From positions 62,001-126,000 of the forward strand of contig NW_024055482.1 of the NCBI RefSeq assembly GCF_902713615.1: a DNA stretch of 64,000 bases, given 5' to 3'. Positions 10,752 through 21,589 of the stretch are shown piece by piece. Under the pieces are notes generated by a model. The model worked only from the letters and a program-made list of their open reading frames with translations, searched no databases and was not told the origin of the DNA. Within the stretch, counting starts at the first letter, position 1. Each line of letters opens with the position of its first letter. Both the position numbers and the translations under genes were made by a program. The stretch comes from Scyliorhinus canicula (lineage: Eukaryota).

Positions 10752-11665
10752 CCAACTTGATGGCGATCATCATCCTACCCCGAGGACGGTGCGGACTCTC
10801 TCGGTGTATCACCTACTACCTGGTAGCGATAGCAGTGACTGATTTCCTTGTCATGGTCACCGCTGTTATCCTCAACCGGATTGGTGGCATTTACTTTAGA
10901 TACAGCGTCCTATCGACCACCCCCGGATGCGCTGTCAGCACCGTGCTCGTTTATGCGACCCGTGATGGTTCAGTATGGCTGACCGTGGCCTTCACCTTCG
11001 ACCGTTTTGTATCCATCTGCTGTCAGAGACTGAAGACCAGATACTGCACCGAGAAAACTGCACTGCTGGTCATAGGAATGGTCATTACCTTGAGCTACGT
11101 CAAGAACATCCCTTTGTACTTCACCTACCAGCCCTTGTACATATTGGACGAGATTCCCTGGTTCTGTGTTATTAAGTCCAGCTATTACACGATCCCATCG
11201 TGGCAAGCTTTAGACTGGCTCGACCACATATTAATCCCTTTTCTTCCGTTCTTCTTTATTCTGATGCTCAACGCCCTGACTGTAAGGCACATTGTAGAGG
11301 CCAGCAGAGCCCGCAGGAGGCTGAAGGGCTCAGAGAGTGACGGAGATCCAGCGATAGCCAACCGCAAGAAATCGATTGTCCTGCTCTTCTCCATCTCCCT
11401 CAGCTTCCTCCTCCTCTGGGTCACATATGTTGGACATTTCCTATATGTTCGGGTTACAGGTGAGGCCTACTTCACCGGTCTGGATTTCAATGTCCCACAC
11501 TTCATATTTCAAGAAACGTCCAACATGCTTCAGTTACTCAGTTCCTGCAACAACACCTTCATCTATGCAGTAGCCCAGACCAAGTTCCGAAATGAGCTGA
11601 AGAAGTTGCTCGTTTTTCCCTTCGCCATTTTCAGCAGTTGCTTTAGATTAACCGATGCTTCATGA
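10752..11665 (+). CDS. GPR139/142-like GPCR, coding exon 2 (spliced protein 327 aa)
   Basis: Acceptor TTTTTTCTCTATTACAG| at 10751. Seven hydrophobic segments, LAxxD-like IAVTD in TM2, DRF at TM3, NTFIY in TM7. Exons 70+914 nt = 328 codons with no disruption. Confidence 0.92.
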
Positions 11666-11909
11666 TCAAGTTAAGGACTATTAATATGTTTCAAAGGAGA
11701 TAAAGTATGAAATCACACTTGCTTACTAAGATGACAAAGCCACAATAATTCACGGTCCTGAACAAAATAAACTTTATAATAGATACAGAAACATTAAACT
11801 ATCTGAACACAAATCTTGTATTCCAGCATTCAGAATTAACATGAAATAGCAGGGAACGAGTGGTCGAACAAACCACATTGCATGTTCAATAGCAGATGCA
11901 AACGATTTT

Positions 11910-12312
11910 TTAAAAACATTTTATTGCAGTTGTTGCTTTTGATTTCACACACTATACAATAGACAAGGGTATGTGTATCGGGTACAATATACAAGAACAT
12001 TCCACCCTCCCACACCCACTCCTTGACCACCCCACGTTTTTGTTGTCTTAATATGATTTATTCGATCGCATATCTTACAGATAGGTGAATGTCATCTATT
12101 TAAATATATGCAGCTCTTTCCCCTTCGCCTTCCCCTCCCTCACTTTGCCAATTGGCCCCGCTCCCACTCGCGCCCCACCGACCCATTTCAGTGTTTCTCT
12201 GGGGGTTCTGTTCTTTGTGCTCTGACTCTGGGTCCCCATTATCCATGCCCCAGCCTCTCTCGCCTGCCGCCCCCAACTCTCCTCCCAATCTGTTCCCTGG
12301 TGTCTCATTTGC

Positions 12313-12346
<34 letters not shown>

Positions 12347-13010
12347 CAACACACACTTCTCCTCGCTCTTTTGGCTGTTGACTTCGTAACGGTCCTGAAA
12401 TAGTTCTGGCTGGTCCGAAAGCCCGAAGATTGCCATTCCCCAGGCACCAATCCACCCTCACCCCCATAACGTTGGACATTGCCTCGATTAAGGCTGTCCA
12501 AAACCCGTCAGGTCTGGGGCAGGCCCAGAACATGTGGGTGTGGTTGATAGGGCCTTTCTGACACCTTTCACATCTGTCTTCCACCTGAAGGAAGAAACTG
12601 TTCTTTGGGATCCTTCTCAGGTGCGCCCTATGCACCACGTTCATTTGCATGAGTCGTAGCCTTGTGCAAGCGGAGGTGGAGTTGGCCCTGTTCAGGGCTT
12701 CGCCCCAGAGTCCCCACCCTATTTACATCCATAGTTCTTTGTCACATTTTCCCCGTGTTTCGTCCATGGGGAGTGTATCCTTTCTAATAGTTGTCGATAC
12801 AAGCCCCCGGAGTCCCCCCTCTCAGGTTACACAAGTACAGTATTCCCTCTAACATTGTGCTTCTCGGGGTCCGTGGGTATGCTGTAGCCTCCTTGCAGAG
12901 AAGGCTTTTAACCTGTAGGTGACAAAGTTCGTCCCCGCTGGGCAGCTGCAGTCTCTGTCTCGTTCCTCTAAGGTCGCTAGCCTGTCCTCTGTGTAGATGT
13001 CCCTGACGGT
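11910..13010 (-). mobile_element. Decayed L1-clade 3' fragment
   Basis: CERCQKGPINHTHMFWACP cysteine-rich motif, poly-G tract, AATAAA/poly-A end near 11915. Confidence 0.8.
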
Positions 13011-13453
13011 CAGTGAGGGATGAAAACAAGACAGATCACAGGGATGTTCAGTTAATTTCGGGAGATTGTATTAGAGGGAATTGAGCAGGCAGAGAGCATC
13101 CCTGGAATGGCGCCCAGTAAGTTTACAGAGATAGTATCAGAGTGAGGGAGTCGCTAGTTCTGTTGGATGGCTGGCTGGTTGTGAAGCAGACAACCTGAGT
13201 TCAATTAGTGCCCAGGCTGATGTGATAAATCAAAGCAACGCCTTCTCAGCCTTGCCCCTCGGCTGAGGTGCAGTGACTCTCAGATAAAATCACCACAAGT
13301 CACCTCTCTCACAAAAAGGCAAAGCAGCCTATGGTCCTCGGGGACTTTTATTTATTTTGATCTGAGGAAGATAGATTCCCTGGAATGAGTGCATGGGGAT
13401 GGATTCAGACGGCAGAGAGCACGGCGACAGGATCTCTGCGGCGATGTTCCCCT

Positions 13454-13815
13454 AGTTCAGGGATATGGTATTCGAGGGAATGGAGCAGGGAGAGAGGATC
13501 CCTGGGGTGAGGTTCGGTGAGTTCAGGGGGATGGTATCAGAGAGAATGGAGCCGGGAGAGAGGATCCCTGGGGTGATGGTCAGTGAGTTCAGGGGGATGG
13601 TATCAGAGGGAATGGAGCCGGGAGAGAGGATCCCTGGGGTGATGCTCAGTGAGTTCAGGGGGATGGTATCAGAGGGAATGGAGCCGGGAGAGAGGATCCC
13701 TGGGATGATGCTCAGTGAGTTCAGGGGGATGGTATCAGAGGGAATGGAGCCGGGAGAGAGGATCCCTGGGGTGATGTTCAGTGAGTTCTGCGAGATGGTA
13801 TCACACAGAGTTGAG
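13454..13815 (+). repeat. 66-bp minisatellite, about 5.3 copies
   Basis: Unit GAGTTCAGGGGGATGGTATCAGAGGGAATGGAGCCGGGAGAGAGGATCCCTGGGGTGATGCTCAGT; gives a 22-aa repeat in ORF 13465-13884. Confidence 0.9.
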
Positions 13816-13973
13816 CAGGGATATGCCTGGCTGGTATTTCACGCGTTCAGGGCTAGGTATCAGAGGGAATGCAGTTTATTATAGATAAATGCATCCCCGC
13901 AAATTGAGGCGGAGTCAGTTTTAATGCGTACAAAATGTAAAGCTTGCAGCCGTCAGATAGTGTATTTACCTTC

Positions 13974-14294
13974 GAACAGTACAGCACAGAACAGGCCCTT
14001 CGGCCCTCGATGTTGTGCCGAGCAATGCTCACCCCACTTAACCCACGTAACCCGTATACCCGTAACCCAACAATCCCCCCATTAACCTTACACTACGGGC
14101 AATTTAGCATGGCCAATCCACCTAACCCGCACATCTTTGGACTGTGGGAGGAAACCGGAGCACCCGGAGGAAACCCACGCACACACGGGGAGGACGTGCA
14201 GACTCCACACAGACAGTGACCCAGCCGGGAATCGAACCTGGGACCCTGGAGCTGTGAAGCATTGATGCTAACCACCATGCTACCGTGAGGCCCC
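13974..14294 (-). mobile_element. Full-length young HE1 SINE
   Basis: Nearly identical to copies at 35553, 41419 and 46137. Confidence 0.92.
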
Positions 14295-14611
14295 TTAAAA
14301 TTCAGTTGACGTATGTACCAGAACAGGGTGACAAAGCGTCTATGTGTATGTTTCCAACAAAATGCAAGCTTCAGGCTCCGGATTAGATAGGTATTATTCG
14401 CTAGTAACAATTCCCATGTTTCCTGCTTCTTTATTGTGTCTGATTAACGAGTGTCATGGACCGCACAGTGGCACAGTCAGCATTACTGCCTGACAGCGCC
14501 AAGGACCTGGGTTCAATTCCGACCTTGGGTAACTATCTGTGTGGAGTTTGCACGTTCTCCCGAGTCTGCGTGGCTTTCCTCTTGGACTTCCTGTTTCCTC
14601 CCGCCATCCAA

Positions 14612-17205
14612 AGAATATAAGAACATAAGAACTAGGAGCAGGAGTAGGCCATCTGGCCCCTCGAGCCTGCTCCGCCATTCAATCAGATCATGGCTGATCT
14701 TTTGTGGACTCAGCTCCACTTTCCGGCCCGAACACCATAACCCTTAATCCCTTTATTCTTCAAAAAACTATCTCTCTTTACCTTAAAAACATGTAATGAA
14801 GGAGCCTCAACTGCTTCACTTGGCAAGGAATTCCATAGATTCACAACCCTTTGGGTGAAGAAGTTCCTCCTAAACTCAGTCCTAAATCTACTTCCCCTTA
14901 TTTTGAGGCTCTGTCCCCTAGTTCTGCTGTCACCCGCCAGTGGAAACACCCTGCCCGCATCTATCCTATCTATTCCCTTCATAATTTTAATGTTTCTATA
15001 AGATCCCCCCTCATCCTTCTAAATTCCAACGAGTACAGTCCCAGTCTACTCAACCTCTCCTCATAATCCAACCCCTTCAGCTCTGGGATTAGCCTAGTGA
15101 ATCTCCTCTGCACACCCTCCAGCGCCAGTACGTCCTTTCTCAAGTAAGGAGACCAAAACTGAACACAGTACTCCAGGTGTGGCCGCACTAACACCTTATA
15201 CAAGTGCAACATAACCTCCCTAGTCTTAAACTCCATACCTCTAGCAATGAAGGACAAAATTCCATTTGCCTTCTTAATCACCTGTTGCACTTGTGAACCA
15301 ACCTTCTGTGACTCATGCACTAGCACACCCAAGTCTCTCTGAACAGCGGCATGCTTTAATATTTTATCATTTAAATAATAATCCCGTTTGCTGTTATTCC
15401 TACCAAAATGGATAACCTCACATTTGTCAACATTGTATTCCATCTGCCAGACCCCAGCCCATTCACTTAATCTATCCAAATCCCTCTGCAGACTTCCAGT
15501 ATCCTCTGCACTTTTCGCTTTACCACTCATCTTAGTGTCATCTGGAAACTTGGACACATTGCGCTTGGTCCCCAACTCCAAATCATCTATGTAAATTGTG
15601 AACAATTGTGGGCCCAACACGGATCCCTGAGGGACACCACTAGCTACTGATTGTCAACCAGAGAAACACCCATTTATCCCAACTCTTTGCTTTCTATTAA
15701 TTAACCAGTCCTCTATCCATGCTACTACTTTACCCTTAATGCCATGCATCTTTATCTTATGCAGCAACCTTTTGTGTGGCACCTTGTCAAAGGCTTTCTG
15801 GAAATCCAGATATACGACATCCATCGGCTCGCCGTTATCTACTGCACTGGTAATGTCCTCAAAAAATTCCAATAAATTAGTTAGGCGTGACCTGCCCTTT
15901 ACGAACCCATGCTGCGTCTGCCCAATGGGACCATTTCTAACCATAAGACCATAAGACCATAAGACATAGGAGTGGAAGTAAGGCCATTCGGCCCATCGAG
16001 TCCACTCCGCCATTCAATCATGGCTGATGGGCATTTCAACTCCACCTACCAGCATTCTCCCCATAGCCCTTAATTACTCGCGACATCAATAATTTATCTA
16101 TCTCTGCCTTGAAGCCATTTAGCGTCCCGGCCTCCACTGCACTCCACGGCAATGAATTCCACAGGCCCACCACTCTCTGGCTGAAGAAATGTCTCCGCAT
16201 TTCTGTTCTGAATTTACCCCCTCTAATTCTAAGGCTGTGCCCATGGGTCCTCGTCTCCTCGCCTAACGGAAACAGTTTCTTTGCGTCCACCCTTTCTAAG
16301 CCATGTATTATCTTGTAAGTTTCTATTAGATCTCCCCTTAACCTTCTAAACTCCAATGAATACAATCCCAGGATCCTCAGCTGTTCCTCATATGTTAGAC
16401 CCGCCATTCCAGGGATCATCCGTGTGAATCTCCGCTGGATACGCTCCAGTGCCAGTATGTCCTTCCTGAGATGTGGGGCCCAAAACTGGACACAGTACTC
16501 CAAATGGGGCCTAACCAGAGCCTTATAAAGGCTCAGTGGCACATCGCTGCTTTTATATTCCAACCCTCTTGAGATAAATGACAACATTGCATTCGCTTTC
16601 TTAATCACAGATTCAACCTGCATGTTTACCTTAAGGGAATCCTCGACTAGCACTCCCAGATCCCTTTGTACTTTGGCATTATGAATTTTCTCACCGTTTA
16701 GAAAGTAGTCTATGCTTGGATTCTTTTTTCCAAAGTGCAAGACCTCACATTTTCTCACGTTGAATTGCATCAGCCATTTCCTGCACCACTCTCCCAAACT
16801 GTCTAGATCCTTCTGCAGCCTCCCCACTTCCTCAGCACTACCTGCCTGACCACCTAACTTCGTATCATCGGCAAACTTCGCTAGAATGCCCCCAGTCCCT
16901 TCATCCAGATCATTAATATATATGGTGAACAGCTGCAGCCCCAACACTGAACCCTGTGTGACACCGCTGAACCCTGTGGGACACAGGTGCCTCGCAATTT
17001 CTTCCTTAATGATAGATTCCATCATCTTCCCTACTACGGAAGTTAAGCTCACTGGCTTATAATTTCCTGCTTTCTGCCTACCTCCTTTTTTAAACAGTGG
17101 CGTCACGTTTGCTCATTTCCAATCCACCGGGACCACCCCAGAGTCTAGTGAATTTCGGTAAATTATCACTAGTGCATCTGCAATTTCCCTAGCCATCTCT
17201 TTTAG
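14612..17205 (-). mobile_element. CR1 element A (14612-15940 and 16983-17205) with CR1 element B (15941-16982) nested in it
   Basis: Two CR1 3' tails (14612 and about 15943). Element A peptide EEIARHL...RNGPIGQTQHGF is split by B. RT motifs GVPQGS and FADD/FPDD. Confidence 0.88.
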
Positions 17206-18224
17206 CACTTTTAGCAAAGGTATGCGGTTATGTGCATTGGCTATGCTAAATTGCCGTTTAGTGTCCAAAGGTTAGGTGGGGTTATGGGTTACAGGGGTAG
17301 GGTGGGAAAATGGGCCGAGGTTGGGTGCTCCTTCTGAGGGTCGCTGTAGGCTCGATGGGCCAAATGGCCTCCTTCTGCACTGTAGGGAATCCAACTTGGA
17401 ATTTCCACCGTTTTTGTTCCCTGGTGTCTGTCTTGGCCCGAAATTCAGGTAATAATGTGGGAATTGGTACTCAATTATTTGTTGTGTGATATACGTCCCA
17501 GCGTCATGGGTTCACTCCTTGATATGTACCTGCGTTCTGTCTGCATTGAATATAGCCTGGGAATTATTTTTTTGGCCAACATGGAGAGTGTTAACCCGTG
17601 CTGCAGCGAATCTGGAAGTGTCTTGATTGTCACTGTGAAGGACACCTTTCTTCTCCCATTCATTACCCTGTATCGGTTTCTGATGAATCAGAGAATCCGC
17701 TGTTCAGAATTACCTGACGTGGAACTGTGACTGACCAGAGTATAAGTGAAATGAGTGCAATGGGAAAATGGATCGGCACAAAGGGGCTTTGAAGACAGGA
17801 GTTCAGCAAAGTCACAATCAGTTAATTGTTCATTTAGGATTTATTTTTAAAAATCTGAGAAATAATTGCAGAAAAGTTCAATTTCAAGTTAACAAAAGAG
17901 AATATAACAATTGAGCGTCGCACGACGAGCAGAACACATCCGCTCTGAGCTGTCAAATACATCTGCAACATACACTAGAAAGAGAGAACGGGAACTCATA
18001 AAAGGAAGGCAATAATTGCGAATAAGGAGTGAAAAATTGTTACATATTTACAGATGGAAATCAAACTACAGAACAATTATAAGCTAAAATTACAAAACAT
18101 CTATATTATTACTTACATTGCAAACTGAGAAACATTTTAAGATCTCCAGGGACATATTATGAATTCGTAATAGAGATATTGATGAACAGCTGATGAAAAT
18201 CTACGATCTCCAAAATTCAACCGG

Positions 18225-18233
18225 TCACTTAAT
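18225..18233 (-). CDS. Ig heavy-chain TM2 exon (IK-stop)
   Basis: Acceptor TTAATCTTCTTTTACAG|ATTAAGTGA, 130-nt intron to TM1, AATAAA at 17845-17840 downstream. Confidence 0.7.
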   Translation of the reverse strand: MK

Positions 18234-18363
18234 CTGTAAAAGAAGATTAAATAACGAAGCAGATGTCGGGCATTAGTGTTAGATTTTTTAATCAATGAAA
18301 AGTTCAATGAGTTTTCAAACTGCTGCTGTCAGTTTTAAGTGTGAGTGGATTGAATCTTCTCAC

Positions 18364-18491
18364 CTTCACCAGAGTGACTGCAGCGCTGTAGGAAATGCTC
18401 AGGAAGAACAGGGTGATGAATGTGGAAGCGGTTGTCCAGATGTTGTCGTTATCATCCTCATAGTCTTCCGTCCAGGTGTGGTCTGTGTTTT
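18364..18491 (-). CDS. Ig heavy-chain transmembrane exon TM1 (isotype undetermined)
   Basis: xNTDHTWTEDYEDDNDNIWTTASTFITLFFLSISYSAAVTLVK: acidic spacer plus the IgH CART-type transmembrane pattern. Acceptor CATTTCCTCGACTCCATCCTCGTAG|, donor AAG|GTGAGA. Confidence 0.9.
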
Positions 18492-18626
18492 CTACGAGGA
18501 TGGAGTCGAGGAAATGTAGTTAAATTGTGTTTCCCTCCAGGATATGTTGTGTTATTATACATATTATCTTTTATCTTTCTTAAGTGAGTAATATATTCTC
18601 GAATTTAATAATCATTGTACATCTTC

Positions 18627-19780
18627 TATAAGACCATAAGACGTAGGAGCAGAATTAGGCCGCTCGTCCCATCGAGTCTGCTCCACCATTCAATCATGAC
18701 CGATATTTTTCGCATCCCCATTCTCCTGCCTTCTCCACATAACCCCTGATCCACCTGTTGATCAAAAACCTGTCCATCTCTGTCTTAAAGACACTCAGTG
18801 ATTTTGCCTCCACAGCCTTCTGCGGCAAATAGTTTCACAGATTCAGCACCCTCTGCCTGAAGAAATTCCTCCTGATCTCTGGTTTAAAGAATCGTTTCTT
18901 TAGTCTGAGAGTGTGTTCTCTGCTTCTAGTTTTTCTCCAAGTGGAAATATCCTCTCCACGTCGACTCTATCCAGGCCTCGCAGTATCCCATAAGTTTCAA
19001 TAAGATCACCCCTCATCCTTCCAAACTCCGAGTACAGACCCAGAGTCCTGAACCGTTCCTCATACAAGTTCTTCATTCCAGGGATCATTCTTGTGAACCT
19101 CCTCTGGACCCTTTTTAAGGCCAGCACATCCTTTCTTAGATACGGTGCCCAAAACTGCTCACAATACTCCAAATGGGATCTGACCAGAGCCTTAAGAAAT
19201 GAAAATTGCTTATTGTCACAAGTAGGCTTCAAAATGAAGTTAATGTGAAAAGCCCCTAGTCGCCACATTCCGGCGCCAGTTCGGGGAGGCTGGTACGGGA
19301 ATATAGCCTCAGAAGTCCATCCGTGGTCGTGTATTCTAGCCCTTCCGACATGAATGCCAACATTGCATTTGCCTTCCTATTGCCGACTGAACCTACACGT
19401 TCACCTGAAGAGAATCGTGAACAAGGAGTCCCAAGTCCCTTTGTCCTTCTGATTTCTTAAGCATCTTCCAATTTAGAAAATAGTCTATGCCTCACTTTCT
19501 GCTTCCAAAGAGCATAATCTCACACTTTCCCACATTGTATTCCATCTGCCACTTCTTTGCCCACTCCTAGCCTGTCCAAGTCCTTCTGCACCACCCCCTG
19601 CTTCCTCAATGCTATCTGCCCCTCTACAGATCTTTGTATCATCTGCAAACTTAGCAACAGTGCCTTCAATTCCTCCTTCCAAATCATTAATGTATATTGT
19701 GAAAAGTTGTGGTCCAAGCACGGGCCCCTGAGGCACACCACTAGTCACCGCCTGCCATCATGAAAAAGATCCCTTTATCC
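18627..19780 (-). mobile_element. CR1 LINE fragment interrupted by a SINE (about 19198-19300)
   Basis: GVPQGPVLGPQLF, FADD and HLEYCEQFWAP peptides with frameshifts. Confidence 0.85.
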
Positions 19781-20379
19781 CCACTCTGCTGAGTTCGTGC
19801 CACTTAGAAACCGATCTCTGTCACTGTCTACACAGCTCTTCTTCCTTTACGTTCCTCAAACAGTCAGGGTCGAAAACATGGCAGCTTTTATTTAGTTTCA
19901 GTTTATTTTTGAACAATTTGTTACAATGTGAGATTAATACGATTGATATTGAGGGAAGTTCACTGAGCTTCTTATGTGAAAACTGTAATATTTATGTTAA
20001 GAATTCGGACGTCAGTTTCTGTCTTAGTTGTTTATGGTAATGGAAACACTTATGCGTTAGTGGGATCATTATTAAATGGGGATAGGTTTTGGTGAATATG
20101 CCCATTAAATGTTATATTAGAAATATACTCTCATCTTGTCGTTTGTCTTTAATGCTGAACTAACTCGTGATTTGCCTTGAACGGTTTGCCTGTCCAAATG
20201 TGTTTATGAACGTTCATTTCATTGTTCATGTGCCATGAGTTTTAACCTGTGTGATTGTTTGTGCATTTCGTGCTTCTGTCTATGTTTCTGTATGAATGAG
20301 ATATTTTGTATTGAAGTCAATGTTTATTTATTCAGAGTTGTGTTAATGCGCGCTTATGTGTTCTGGCCTGGTATATAGG

Positions 20380-20930
20380 TAGTGATATGTTTCCTTCTGC
20401 ACCACATATCTATCAATATACGAATGTTTATGCGAGTGTGTGTGTCTGTGCGCGCGTATATACGTCTGTGTTGACGTGTTAATACGTGTATGTATGCATT
20501 GATAGATTTATATAACTATGTTTTGAAACATATTTACGTCCACTGTGTACTAATGTGTGTTTTCGTGTCCTATCGTGTATGAGCACGCTAATGTTTGCAT
20601 TTAACTGTGTGCATGCGAATGCTCTGCTGTATTCATGTATGTCTTTCTTTATCCGTGTGTAAGCTGTTAATGTGCTTCTCCGTGTGCCCATATATGTGTG
20701 CTAATGTGGGCGGCAGTGTATATCTTCATGTCTGTGTTACTGTCTTCTCACTATGTGCTGCTGATTATGATGATGGTTCAATTGTGTTTTATGTCCTTGT
20801 GTGAGTCTGCTTGTCTTGTTTAACATATCTGCGTTTGTATTTGTGTGTATCTGCATGTGCATGCGTATGTGTGCATTTCTGTGTGTGCGTGTGTATATGT
20901 GTGTATTTTGTGCGTGTCTGCATGTGTCAG
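20380..20930. repeat. Degenerate TG/TA-rich low-complexity region
   Basis: Interrupted (TG)n/(TA)n runs. Confidence 0.6.
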
Positions 20931-21215
20931 CACACGACTAACAGGAAATTGAGCATTATTTGATTTAGAAATTGTCCTGTTTTAAGATATATTTTACACA
21001 CTAGGATTGGCCTGATGGAAGAAGAAAACACGACCACGAAGTTAGAAATGACTTGCATTGTTGAAAGCTGTGTTCTTCCGGCCTTCCGAACTCTTCGGCT
21101 GGGGGAGTGGGAGGACAGTGAGTTCATTGTTTCGCCCCCTCGAAAGGAATTTTCCTTTCCATTCAGTGTGTTGAGAATATGGTGGTTCAATGCGTTATCT
21201 AATGCTATTCTCCTA

Positions 21216-21510
21216 TGGGCGGCATGGCAGCACAGTGGGTAGCACTGTTGCTTCACAGCGCTGGAGTCCCATGTTCGATTCCCGCTTGGGTCACTGTCTG
21301 AGTGGAGTCTGCACGTTCTCCCTGTGTCTGAGTGCGTTTCCTCCGGGTGCTCCGGTTTCCTCCCACAAGTCCCGAAAGACGTGCTGTTTGGTGAATTGGA
21401 CATTCTGAATTCTCTCTCTGTTTACCTGAACAGGCGCCGGAATGTGGCGCCTGGGGGCTTTTCACAGTAACTTCATTGCAGTGTTAATGTGCGTCCACTT
21501 ATGACAATAA
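21216..21510 (+). mobile_element. HE1-related SINE
   Basis: tRNA head GGGCGGCATGGCAGCACAGTGG, V-domain core, AT-rich tail. Confidence 0.8.
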
Positions 21511-21589
21511 TACATTTAATTATTATTATTTTTCTTGGTGACTTAGAAACAAAATCTGTTAACGATTTCTTCGTCAGTTTTCTATGTTG

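Noticed and set aside
6238-12345. Long poly-C tracts at 6238-6272 and 12314-12345
   Set aside because: They correspond to the G-rich 3'UTR tract of L1 copies on the - strand, also seen at about 30260 and 59600.
17401-17720. Possible Ig V-like remnant on the - strand (TQVHIKE*THDAGTYI) and an isolated CACTGTG at 17631
   Set aside because: Needs a stop and a frameshift, lacks properly spaced Cys/Trp, and the heptamer has no nonamer at 12 or 23 bp; an HMM search would be needed.
20100-20200. Possible IgH secretory tail (GKP...) upstream of the TM exons
   Set aside because: Only three residues match; no NxS/T or penultimate Cys and no CH exon attached.
20927-21403. Overlapping ORFs at 20927-21403 and 21015-21242
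   Set aside because: Partly SINE-derived, with no convincing domain similarity.
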